Source: Cuspidothrix sp. (GTDB lineage: Bacteria; Cyanobacteriota; Cyanobacteriia; Cyanobacteriales; Nostocaceae). From it: a stretch of DNA of 31,476 nucleotides. The stretch is taken from assembly GCA_046080125.1 (NCBI GenBank), contig JBJTTJ010000037.1:1-31476 (forward strand). The letters run 5' to 3'. Of the stretch, positions 1 through 8,014 are shown in pieces; the stretch's first letter is position 1, and each line of letters opens with the position of its first letter. Made by a program: the position numbers and the translations under genes. Below the pieces are notes generated by a model. That model ran no database searches and had not been told where the DNA came from. It saw only the letters and a program-made list of their open reading frames with translations.

Positions 1-106
1 GGATTTCGGGTTCGCGCTTAATGGCGTTTGCCCGCATATCGAAGTTAGTCTTGGGTAAGTTGACGGTATCTTTGTATTTTCCAGTTTCGGTCACAGGTTC
101 ATGCCT

Positions 107-235
107 AAATGTAGGTGTGCAGGTTATCCGATCAATTATAAGTCGTCGGTTGGGTTGAGAAAACCCAACAACGCTTAAACGCTTATTGGTATTTTGGGGT
201 TAATGTTGGGTTTCACTTCGTTCTACCCAACCTAC
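107..235. repeat. Hairpin-containing dispersed repeat, copy R1 (upstream flank of the 3-gene cassette). It holds AAATGTAGG, a GGTTGGGTT-N5-AACCCAAC hairpin, GGTATTTTG, and the 28-mer GTTGGGTTTCACTTCGTTCTACCCAACC
   Basis: The 28-mer at 205-232 is identical to 2317-2344. The upstream hairpin at 148-169 matches the one at 2265-2290 in arrangement. R1 carries an extra ~33 bp (116-147) relative to R2. Confidence 0.6.
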
Positions 236-353
236 GGGAGCATAGGTAGAGCGAATTCCAAATAGTTTAGTCCTGAAACGATGTCTATACAAGCTTTTTA
301 ACTCTAAATTGTAAAACAATAACAAAATTAATAAAATTACTTAAAATATATAT

Positions 354-382
354 TGACAACTTTTGCTAGATAAAGCTATATT
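354..382 (+). promoter_or_regulatory. Sigma70-like promoter candidate: TTGACA, 17-nt spacer, TATATT
   Basis: Consensus -35 TTGACA (354-359) and -10 TATATT (377-382) with a 17-nt spacer, about 70 bp upstream of the first cassette gene and preceded by an AT-rich tract. Confidence 0.45.
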
Positions 383-451
383 GTCTGATATACAAATTTA
401 GTCAAACGATGAATAATATGTTTGTACTATTGCATTGAGAGGAAAAAGCAC

Positions 452-883
452 GTGAGTTCTTTTAAGCAGCTCCCACTATCAGACCTTAGAGAGAGCTTGC
501 CAAAGTTCAAGCGTCAAGTTCAGTTAGGGATGAAGAGAATTGCAGCTACCTATTATGGTCAAGTAGTTGCATTCTTAGTTCCTTTAAAGGATTTAGAACA
601 AGCTGAAAAAGATGGCGCTATTAGTAAAAGTGAAGAAATGTCTTTATCGGATTTCCGGCTACATTTAACGGAATGTTGGGAACGGTTACAAATGGATGTT
701 GATTGTATTTATGTAACGTATCATACGCGCAGAGCAGTAGCTTTTGTTAGCCCTCGTCTTACAAATTATCTTTCAATTCCAATTTCAGAAGTGGCTCATA
801 AGCTTCTTGCCATAGATAGCGGTCTTATTCAAGTAGAAAGTTTACTCAAGGAAGAAATAATTCATGTTCAACATCAAAGCTGA
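452..883 (+). CDS. Protein with two tandem Phd/YefM-antitoxin-like repeats (hypothetical). A GTG start at 452 is preferred; TTG at 422 is the alternative
   Basis: GAGAGG sits 9 nt upstream of GTG 452. Two internal repeats each have LSD[LF]R...[AV]VAF[LV]xP, matching the Phd/YefM N-terminal pattern (…lsevldrv…pvaVLvs.edye). The stop overlaps the next ATG by 20 nt. Confidence 0.55.
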   Translation: MSSFKQLPLSDLRESLPKFKRQVQLGMKRIAATYYGQVVAFLVPLKDLEQAEKDGAISKSEEMSLSDFRLHLTECWERLQMDVDCIYVTYHTRRAVAFVSPRLTNYLSIPISEVAHKLLAIDSGLIQVESLLKEEIIHVQHQS

Positions 884-1748
884 GTCAGAATTGCAAAAAC
901 AACTAAATAAACTAGAAGACTATTATCCTCCCGAAGTTTGTGTGGAATTTAATCAATTTCTAGAAATTCTGAGGAGAGATGGCCAATTTAGCAAAACAGA
1001 TTTTTATGATGTTAATACAAACCAAATTTCTGGACTGACTTGCAACTTATTTTACAGACCTGACTTTGAGAAAGGGGAAGTTTTAATAATTGCATTGAAA
1101 GTCAAGCCAGCAGACGTATTTAGACAGAGATTTAATATTAGGGATGAATGGGATGATAAGGATGTTCTAGAATCTATTCCCCAGTACGATAAACCAGAAA
1201 AAATTGTTAAGGCTATTGAGTTAATTCATCAAGGAATCCAAGATTCTTATGAATTAGGTTATGAATTAGGACATAGAGGCAAGAAAAGAGAATATATTTC
1301 TCGACACGGACAGTATGCGAAGCACGCTATCGAGCAACTTGAACTGATTGTAATAACTCGAAAAGGCAGACAATACCTAGTAGAACTAACAGAAAAAGGC
1401 AGGAGAATTGCTGAAGGAATTAATGATGAGTTAAAATTAAGATTGCTCTATGAAGCTATGTTGCACTATCCTCCTGTTTGGCGAATTATTGTCGCCGTTT
1501 CAGAAAGAGATAGTCAACTAAATGATGGAATACTAAATGATGAATTAGTTAAAAATATAGCTTTTCCAGAAATATTGCGAGGTGCTGATACAAGTAATCG
1601 TCGTTCTCAGACTTTAAAAAACTGGATCAAGCGGATTTCCAAGTTTTCTGGAATTCCTATACGTCTTCACAATAGTGGTATGCAGCTTACTATCCCAATG
1701 CTATATGCTGAAAATGAATATAACAATGAAAACACAGAGGAAGACTAA
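864..1748 (+). CDS. Fusion protein: an N-terminal RelE/ParE/YoeB-like region (weak), a central MarR-like winged-helix segment (…ITRKGRQYLVELTEKGRRI…) and an unassigned ~90-aa C-terminus
   Basis: AAGGAAG RBS precedes ATG 864. There is a 20-nt overlap with the upstream CDS and 23-44 nt with the downstream one. The motif LFYRPDFEKGEVLIIALKVK resembles the RelE/YoeB C-terminal beta-strand region. RHGQYAKH fits R-x6-H. Confidence 0.5.
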   Translation: MFNIKAESELQKQLNKLEDYYPPEVCVEFNQFLEILRRDGQFSKTDFYDVNTNQISGLTCNLFYRPDFEKGEVLIIALKVKPADVFRQRFNIRDEWDDKDVLESIPQYDKPEKIVKAIELIHQGIQDSYELGYELGHRGKKREYISRHGQYAKHAIEQLELIVITRKGRQYLVELTEKGRRIAEGINDELKLRLLYEAMLHYPPVWRIIVAVSERDSQLNDGILNDELVKNIAFPEILRGADTSNRRSQTLKNWIKRISKFSGIPIRLHNSGMQLTIPMLYAENEYNNENTEED

Positions 1749-2217
1749 AATATATGATTTTAAGAGCCAAGAGTTCATAGGTAAGAATGGTGAAAATATT
1801 CTTGATAAATGGCTTGGCTCTATCTATAAAATTTTAGATGTTTCCACGGTTAAAAAGTATCAAAATTCTGGTATAGACAGAATTTTGATGCGTCCCGATG
1901 GAAGCACTGTCAGCGTTGAGTATAAATTCGATTTAGCTTCATCAAGAACAGGAAATTTATTCTTTGAAACTGTCTCTGTAGATAATAAAAATATTCCTGG
2001 TTGGGGATGGCTATCACAGGCTGAATACTGGATATTTTTACTACCAACGATGGAAGTATTAGTAGTTGAGCCGGGAAAAATGAGAAATATGATTTGGTGT
2101 CATCGTTGGGAACTCCAAGAAAAGGAAATTCAGAACGTAGGCTATAAAACTTTAGGAATTCCTATTCCTTTATCTAAAGTTAGAGAAATTGCTTACTACA
2201 TCGTGCAACTAAATTAA
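1714..2217 (+). CDS. Small protein with a PD-(D/E)xK nuclease fold (Hjc/Mrr/VRR-NUC-like motif pattern: GENILDKWL … NSGIDRIL … VSVEYKFD). In-frame starts at 1705/1714/1726 (ATG) or 1675 are all possible
   Basis: An E … D … E-x-K motif series has spacing typical of the restriction-endonuclease-like fold. It overlaps the end of the previous CDS in the same operon and shares its AT-rich composition. Confidence 0.5.
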   Translation: MNITMKTQRKTKIYDFKSQEFIGKNGENILDKWLGSIYKILDVSTVKKYQNSGIDRILMRPDGSTVSVEYKFDLASSRTGNLFFETVSVDNKNIPGWGWLSQAEYWIFLLPTMEVLVVEPGKMRNMIWCHRWELQEKEIQNVGYKTLGIPIPLSKVREIAYYIVQLN

Positions 2218-2257
2218 ATAATTCATAAGTTAAGAGAACCCGACACAAACCATTAGC

Positions 2258-2344
2258 AAATGTAGGTTGGGTTGAAGAACGAAACCCAACACCACCAATC
2301 GGTATTTTGAAATCATGTTGGGTTTCACTTCGTTCTACCCAACC
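2258..2344. repeat. Hairpin-containing dispersed repeat, copy R2 (downstream flank of the cassette)
   Basis: Same element order as R1 and an identical 28-mer (2317-2344). It lies 45 bp after the cassette's last stop codon. Confidence 0.6.
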
Positions 2345-2756
2345 AAAGGCGGGTGTCCTGATGGTGCGTTTGTACTAATAACTCTCATATAACAGCCACT
2401 CTTCATTTTGTCTCCAACCGACGAGATCGCCTAACTTCAAATAATTAAGGATTTATATGGATTACTTATATAGGGGTCGGCAAAATGCCTGTGCCAGATG
2501 ACAATATTTTTGGTTATTATCACGGTTCGCTGTAACAACTTTGTCCAGAGGGTAAGTAAGATCCGAATGATCAGACTTGTGTAGAGAGGTTCTGGGGGAA
2601 CGTCTCTACATATTGGTTTAATTAAGTGTAAGTGAGATAGCCAAAATGTGTACTTCTTGACTTTTGTATTTTACTGGTTATCGAGGGTATTCGAGATCCT
2701 TGCCTTAGCATAAGACAATTTTTGAAGCCCACCTACTTATCTGAAATTCAGATTAC

Positions 2757-3146
2757 TTACTCACCCTCTAGCAAAGCGCGGTATTCATCTGCTGTCATAG
2801 CATCCTCAATTTCAGCAGCATCATGGATACGCACTTTGATAAACCAACCTTCTCCATAGGGATCATCAGCGACTTGTTCAGGAGATCCTATCAAAGAATC
2901 ATTCCGTTCTATGACAGTACCACTAATGGGTGAATTTAGTTCTTCGACAGCTTTTACTGATTCAATTGTACCAAATGTATCTCCTACAGCGATCGCAGCA
3001 CCAATTTCTGGCAGTTCCAAAAAGACAACATCACCTAATTGATCAACAGCAAATTCAGAAATACCAATAGTAGCAATGTCACCATCTAGACGAACATATT
3101 CATGGGAATCTAAGTATCGTAAATCTTGGGGATATTCAAAGGACAT
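2757..3146 (-). CDS. gcvH: Glycine cleavage system H protein
   Basis: 129 aa. Lipoyl-attachment context …GTIESVKAVEELNSPISG… with canonical GcvH N-terminus and length. Confidence 0.9.
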   Translation of the reverse strand: MSFEYPQDLRYLDSHEYVRLDGDIATIGISEFAVDQLGDVVFLELPEIGAAIAVGDTFGTIESVKAVEELNSPISGTVIERNDSLIGSPEQVADDPYGEGWFIKVRIHDAAEIEDAMTADEYRALLEGE

Positions 3147-3227
3147 ATCACTTTCACTTCCACGTTAAAAAATAGTGTTACAAGAGTAACCTAAACCACA
3201 TTATTCCTCAAAAAACCTCAAAGCAGA

Positions 3228-4364
3228 TTAGTTATTAACACGATTCCTTGAGCGATAAAATGGACGTTTCACCACCACCGTCGAGAACACTTTACCCCGA
3301 ATATCCACCTCTAGCTGCTGTTTGAGGGTTGCTAACTCAGTGGGAACATAAGCTAAAGCAATGGGATAACCAAGGGTAAGAGAAAGAGTACCACTAGATA
3401 CTTCCCCAACAATTTTACCCGAGGATAATACAGAGTAGCCATGGCGGGGAATATTCCGTCCTTGTGTTTGTAAACCCACGAGTTTACGGTGTACTCCTTG
3501 GTGTTTTTGCTGGATTAACAGTTCTCGCCCAATAAAATCGCCTTTAGTATCTAAATGTACTAACCAACCCAAACCAGCCTCTAGAGGTGTGGTGGTATCA
3601 TCAATATCTTGACCATAAAGTGCCATAGCAGCTTCTAAGCGTAGGGTATCTCTACAACCAAGTCCACAGGGGATAACACCAAGATTATATAGAGTTTGCC
3701 ATAGTTGTATCCCCACGGATTGATCTATCATAATCTCAAAACCATCTTCCCCAGTGTAGCCAGTACGCGCCAGAAATGCGTGTTTACCAAAAATGGTTGT
3801 TTCTAAATGACCAAAAGCCTTAATGGGTGATAAATCATTTGTAACTAGGGATTGAAGATAATTAGTAGCTGTTGGACCTTGAAGGGCAATTAAGATTTTA
3901 TTCCGTGAAAGGTCTTGAAATTCAACAACATCAGGATCAAGATGTGCTAAGATCCATGTTCTATCTTTATCTGTAGTTGCGGCATTGACAATAATTACCA
4001 CCTTTTGGATACCATTGCTATTTGTACCTTGGTAATAAATAATGATGTCGTCAATAATTCCTCCTTGCGGGTTGAGTAATACAGTGTATTGTGCTTGTCC
4101 AGGTTGTAGACGACTTAAATCGGAAGGAACTAAATACTCAAGTTGGGAAATGGCATTTTTACCTTGGAGGGTAAATTTGCCCATGTGGGAGATATCAAAC
4201 ATCCCAGAGGCATTTCTAACGGCGTGGTGTTCTTGGGTAATACTGGTATATTGTATGGGCATTTCCCAGCCACCAAAGCTGGTAAATTTAGCCTTGAGTT
4301 CTACAGCGGTTTGATATAGAGGGGTTCGCGCTAGAGAGGGGGTAATATTTTCTTGATTAGCCAC
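3228..4364 (-). CDS. gcvT: Glycine cleavage system T protein (aminomethyltransferase), GTG start
   Basis: 378 aa. Conserved N-terminus RTPLY…GGWEMPIQY and GcvT folate-binding regions. Immediately upstream of gcvH on the same strand. Confidence 0.9.
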   Translation of the reverse strand: MANQENITPSLARTPLYQTAVELKAKFTSFGGWEMPIQYTSITQEHHAVRNASGMFDISHMGKFTLQGKNAISQLEYLVPSDLSRLQPGQAQYTVLLNPQGGIIDDIIIYYQGTNSNGIQKVVIIVNAATTDKDRTWILAHLDPDVVEFQDLSRNKILIALQGPTATNYLQSLVTNDLSPIKAFGHLETTIFGKHAFLARTGYTGEDGFEIMIDQSVGIQLWQTLYNLGVIPCGLGCRDTLRLEAAMALYGQDIDDTTTPLEAGLGWLVHLDTKGDFIGRELLIQQKHQGVHRKLVGLQTQGRNIPRHGYSVLSSGKIVGEVSSGTLSLTLGYPIALAYVPTELATLKQQLEVDIRGKVFSTVVVKRPFYRSRNRVNN

Positions 4365-4512
4365 AGATAGTTATTTATATTTACTTGGGATAATAGATCA
4401 ACACTTATTTATCCTACGGGATAGCTTCTAATTTAGCAGAGAATTATTTCTGACTCCCTAGTGAGGTTTAATGATTAATAGTGGAATTGTTGAGATTTAT
4501 TAAGCAAAAATT

Positions 4513-5010
4513 ATGAAGTATTGGCAAATAGTCCTTAGCTGTGTATTAACTGTGGGAGTATTACTATTCCCTGTTTCAGCGCAAGCGGCAAGTTCTTCTA
4601 ATGTTACCAGTTCTCTTTTGAACAAGGCAGTTCCTGGTCAGGACTTTTCCGGTAAAAGTTTAATTGGTAAGGAGTTTACAAGTGTCAAATTAGAAAATAC
4701 TAACTTTAGTAATGCTGATTTACGAGGTGCTGTATTTAATGGCACTTTATTAGATACTGTCAATTTCCATGGTGTGGATTTTAGTGAAGGTATTGCTTAT
4801 TTAAGCAAGTTTAAAGATACTGATTTAAGTAATGCCATCTTTAAAGATGCAATGATGTTACGTTCCACCTTTGATCAAGTTAATATCACTGGTGCTGATT
4901 TTACTAATGCGATTTTAGATATGGTACAGGTGAAAAAACTTTGTCTTAACGCCAGTGGTATAAATTCTCAAACAGGTGTAGATACTCGCCAATCCCTGGG
5001 ATGTAAATAA
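4513..5010 (+). CDS. Pentapeptide-repeat protein with N-terminal signal peptide (thylakoid-lumen/periplasmic Rfr type)
   Basis: Signal peptide …VSAQA, then A(D/N)LxxA-type pentapeptide repeats. The C-terminal Cys pair (…LCLNASG…SLGCK) is shared with the paralog at 19222-19728. Confidence 0.8.
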   Translation: MKYWQIVLSCVLTVGVLLFPVSAQAASSSNVTSSLLNKAVPGQDFSGKSLIGKEFTSVKLENTNFSNADLRGAVFNGTLLDTVNFHGVDFSEGIAYLSKFKDTDLSNAIFKDAMMLRSTFDQVNITGADFTNAILDMVQVKKLCLNASGINSQTGVDTRQSLGCK

Positions 5011-5020
5011 AAACATTTAT

Positions 5021-5042
5021 CCCCTTCTCCGTCAGGAAGGGG
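5021..5042. terminator. Bidirectional intrinsic terminator hairpin between the convergent pentapeptide gene and cheA-like gene
   Basis: CCCCTTC-TCCGTCAG-GAAGGGG, a 7-bp GC-rich stem, flanked by T-rich runs on both strands. It abuts the cheA-like stop codon. Confidence 0.5.
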
Positions 5043-7970
5043 TTAATTTATGGACACTGTTTCCTCAATCTGGAAAATAATTTCCTCCAATGTTTTCAAT
5101 AATTCTTGTTCATTGTAAGGCTTAGAGAAATAGGCTTTTGCCCCTAATTGCATAGCTAATTGACGATGTTTACTACTACTACGAGAGGTCAACATTACCA
5201 CAGGAATATGTTTTAATTGTGCATGATTATTAATACGTTCCAAGAAGCTATAACCATCAATGCGTGGCATTTCAATATCACAAATTACCGCTTGAATTTG
5301 TAACCCACTTTCTAGCTTCTCCCAAGCTTCTTGACCATCTTTGGCTTGTTCTACTTGATAGCCACCTTTTTCGAGAGTTAAAGCTAGATAACGCCGTACA
5401 TTGATTGAATCATCAACAATCAAAATAATTCCTTTTTGTCGGGTAGGTCGGCTGATATTAGCTACTTTTGGCGGTTGCAGGAAAGCAGTTTGCAATCTTG
5501 TGGTTGGTAGTTTATTACTGAGATAGGGACCTTGACCAGTCGTTAGCCATAATACTAAATCATTTGTGTTTACTAGGGGAACTACTCGACCATCACCCAA
5601 AATAGTACAGTTATTGAAACCGCTAGGTAGGGGGATATTGCCTTCTACTTGACGAATTGCTACTTCCTGTTCACCCCAACAGCGTTCTACTTGAACGGCA
5701 ATTTGTTGATGATCCTGTTTAATTATTAATACGCTGGTTGCATTAATAATAGGGGGGGTTTCTAATTCCCAGTTATTGTAATGAGAACAATTAAATTCAA
5801 AGTAACTATTGAGGCGTAATAATGGTAATTGAGTGTTTTGCCAATGAATAAATGCCTTACTATCTTCATAGAAAATTTGCTCATTTGCTAACAAGAAAAT
5901 TTCCTCAATTACATCTGTGGAGAATGCCAATAGTAAACGATAATTGCGATCGCCGCAAGCATCAGTTTCTACTAATAATACTCGCGCTACCGATAGAGTA
6001 AATGGTACAGATAATGTAAATTTTGTTCCTATGCCAGCTTGAGTATCAACGTTCACATCTCCCCGCGCTATTTTCAGGTTATTTCGGACTACATCCATTC
6101 CCACTCCCCGACCGGATAAAGCTGTTACCTGTTCCGACGTACTAAAACCAGGTTCAAAAATTAATGATAGTAGTTCTTCATCAGTAGCAGTTGCTAATAA
6201 AGTATGATCCAAACCCATTTTTACGGCCTGATCACGAATTTTTTCTACCGCAATGCCTCGACCATCATCACGGATAGTAATTATTGTGCGATTACTATGA
6301 TAAGCAGCTTTAATTTCAATTAAACCTTGTTCGGGTTTTCCTTGGTTTTTCCGTGTTGTAGGGTCTTCAATGCCATGATCAAAAGCGTTACGTAACAAGT
6401 GCATTAATGGCTCATTTAAAGCTTCTAAAATACTCCTTTCAATTAAAGTATTTCCGCCTTCAATTTTTAATTGCACATTTTTGCCATACTCAACATTTAA
6501 GTCTCTAATTGCCCTGGGAAAACGTTCTACTAAATCAGAAAAAGGACGCATCCTAATTTGGGTTAATTGTCTTTGTAATTGTTTCGATGTTTTATTTAAT
6601 TTCCGCGCTATTTGATCCGTATCATCAACACTTAATTGAATATCACTGGTAACTTCTGCTAATTGCACAAGAGTTTCCATCATATTCTGAGATAATAAAT
6701 TTAATTTTTGCTGGCTATCTGACTCTAAAATAGTATTTTCTGTTTCTTCATTTACGTGATTATCATTAATGATTTTTGCATAAGCTATCCGCATTTCTTG
6801 ATTTTCTTCATCAAGAGTACGAACTCTTTGACTTAGACTTCGCACTAATTTACGTAGTCTTTCTACTTGCACATTTAAGCCATTACGTTGAATAATTACC
6901 TCTCCAAATAGATCATTAATTCTTTCGAGATGTTTGCTAGGAACTCTAACTGTATTTTCCTGATTTTCTCTTTCTTTATGGAGTGGGTTAGTATCGTTTC
7001 TACTTTCAGTATATTTAGTATCTACAGTATCTACTGTATCTCTTTCTGGATGATTAGCAAAATCACCAGCATTAATATCTGGGGATAATTGGACATTTTC
7101 TAATAATTCTAAATCCGAAATAACTGGTTTCTTTGACAGAGGATCAGCTTGACTCGCTAACATATTTATTTGTAGGGAGCCTTGATCATCAATAATTTGA
7201 CTTAGATCAATTTTTTTAGGTAAATTACCCCATTGATTACTTAATACTAAAGCTTGCGATCGCCGCCATGCTTGTAATGCTAAATCAGCAATTTCTAAAC
7301 AGTGATTAGGATAGATATCTAAAGAACGGCTGACTGATTTACATAGTTCGGTAAAAGCCGTTAACTGAAGCATTTCTCCTAAACCAGCCAACTCATTCGC
7401 CATCATGGCTAAATCCGATCTAATCCCTGACGTATTATTATTTTTTAATCTTGCTTCCAGACGTTTTAAATATTCTTCAACTTCAGTTTCAAACAATAAA
7501 GGGATAAATTCTTGACCATCTTCCGATGATAATAAGGTCGTAATATTTTCTGGTGTGGGTTCACCAAGACGCTGATAAAGTTGATCAAAAACTGGATAAC
7601 AGACCTTTTCTAACCAAATATGATCTAAATTATTACCCTTAGCAAGTAATTCGACAATTTGCCTGAGCCAATCCACAGCAGATAGTAATAAACTTTGTAA
7701 ATGAGTATCAAATTCTAGAGAATTTTTCTGAGTCTTTAAAACCTTAAAAGCATCTTCCAAGCGATGGGCTAAATCACTTAATACACGGAATCCCATCATT
7801 GCTGCGCCGCCTTTAATCGAATGGGCGGCTCGCATGGCTGCGTTAATATGTTCTAATTCAATCTGTCTGCTATTATCAATTTCTAGTAAAATTACCTCTA
7901 AAGTATTGAGATAATCAGTGGCCTCTTCTAGAAATTGCATTTGGATTTCCAATTCTTTATCTTTAGACAT
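5043..7970 (-). CDS. CheA-like hybrid histidine kinase (Hpt – dimerisation – HATPase – CheW-like – C-terminal REC; PilL/TaxAY/HmpE-like)
   Basis: Hpt motif HSIKGGAAMMGF. HATPase N-box HLLRNAFDHGIE and G-boxes. CheW-like region. C-terminal receiver ILIVDDS…DIEMP…, 975 aa. Confidence 0.88.
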   Translation of the reverse strand: MSKDKELEIQMQFLEEATDYLNTLEVILLEIDNSRQIELEHINAAMRAAHSIKGGAAMMGFRVLSDLAHRLEDAFKVLKTQKNSLEFDTHLQSLLLSAVDWLRQIVELLAKGNNLDHIWLEKVCYPVFDQLYQRLGEPTPENITTLLSSEDGQEFIPLLFETEVEEYLKRLEARLKNNNTSGIRSDLAMMANELAGLGEMLQLTAFTELCKSVSRSLDIYPNHCLEIADLALQAWRRSQALVLSNQWGNLPKKIDLSQIIDDQGSLQINMLASQADPLSKKPVISDLELLENVQLSPDINAGDFANHPERDTVDTVDTKYTESRNDTNPLHKERENQENTVRVPSKHLERINDLFGEVIIQRNGLNVQVERLRKLVRSLSQRVRTLDEENQEMRIAYAKIINDNHVNEETENTILESDSQQKLNLLSQNMMETLVQLAEVTSDIQLSVDDTDQIARKLNKTSKQLQRQLTQIRMRPFSDLVERFPRAIRDLNVEYGKNVQLKIEGGNTLIERSILEALNEPLMHLLRNAFDHGIEDPTTRKNQGKPEQGLIEIKAAYHSNRTIITIRDDGRGIAVEKIRDQAVKMGLDHTLLATATDEELLSLIFEPGFSTSEQVTALSGRGVGMDVVRNNLKIARGDVNVDTQAGIGTKFTLSVPFTLSVARVLLVETDACGDRNYRLLLAFSTDVIEEIFLLANEQIFYEDSKAFIHWQNTQLPLLRLNSYFEFNCSHYNNWELETPPIINATSVLIIKQDHQQIAVQVERCWGEQEVAIRQVEGNIPLPSGFNNCTILGDGRVVPLVNTNDLVLWLTTGQGPYLSNKLPTTRLQTAFLQPPKVANISRPTRQKGIILIVDDSINVRRYLALTLEKGGYQVEQAKDGQEAWEKLESGLQIQAVICDIEMPRIDGYSFLERINNHAQLKHIPVVMLTSRSSSKHRQLAMQLGAKAYFSKPYNEQELLKTLEEIIFQIEETVSIN

Positions 7971-8014
7971 TATTCCTTGTTCCTTATTTATGGGTTGCTT
8001 TAATAGTTAGGAGG

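Noticed and set aside
1-106. Possible 3' end of an upstream gene or a tRNA at the window start
   Set aside because: No open frame longer than ~50 codons in any frame, no tRNA-like T-arm or acceptor pattern, and too short to evaluate.
2581-2612. Hairpin GTAGAGA…TCTCTAC as gcvH terminator
   Set aside because: It lies ~150 bp downstream of the gcvH stop, is not followed by a U-tract on the minus strand, and has an only moderately stable stem. It is insufficient for a terminator call.
4042-4314. 90-aa ORF antisense within gcvT. Similar antisense ORFs lie at 8118-8342, 11836-12253, 13286-13775, 15236-15424, 16412-16615, 16894-17199, 17947-18267, 18481-18687, 20202-20387, 21410-21601, 25471-25653, 27015-27245 and 27586-27783
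   Set aside because: They lie fully inside well-supported conserved genes on the opposite strand or in a different frame. They show no RBS, have odd composition, and are the size expected by chance in AT-rich DNA.
4365-4512. Possible glycine riboswitch upstream of gcvT (minus strand)
   Set aside because: Reading the reverse complement, I find only a weak GGGAGUC…CUCUG fragment. There is no ACCGAAGGGGCAA-type core and not enough length for a tandem aptamer. The region is better explained as a divergent promoter region shared with the pentapeptide gene.
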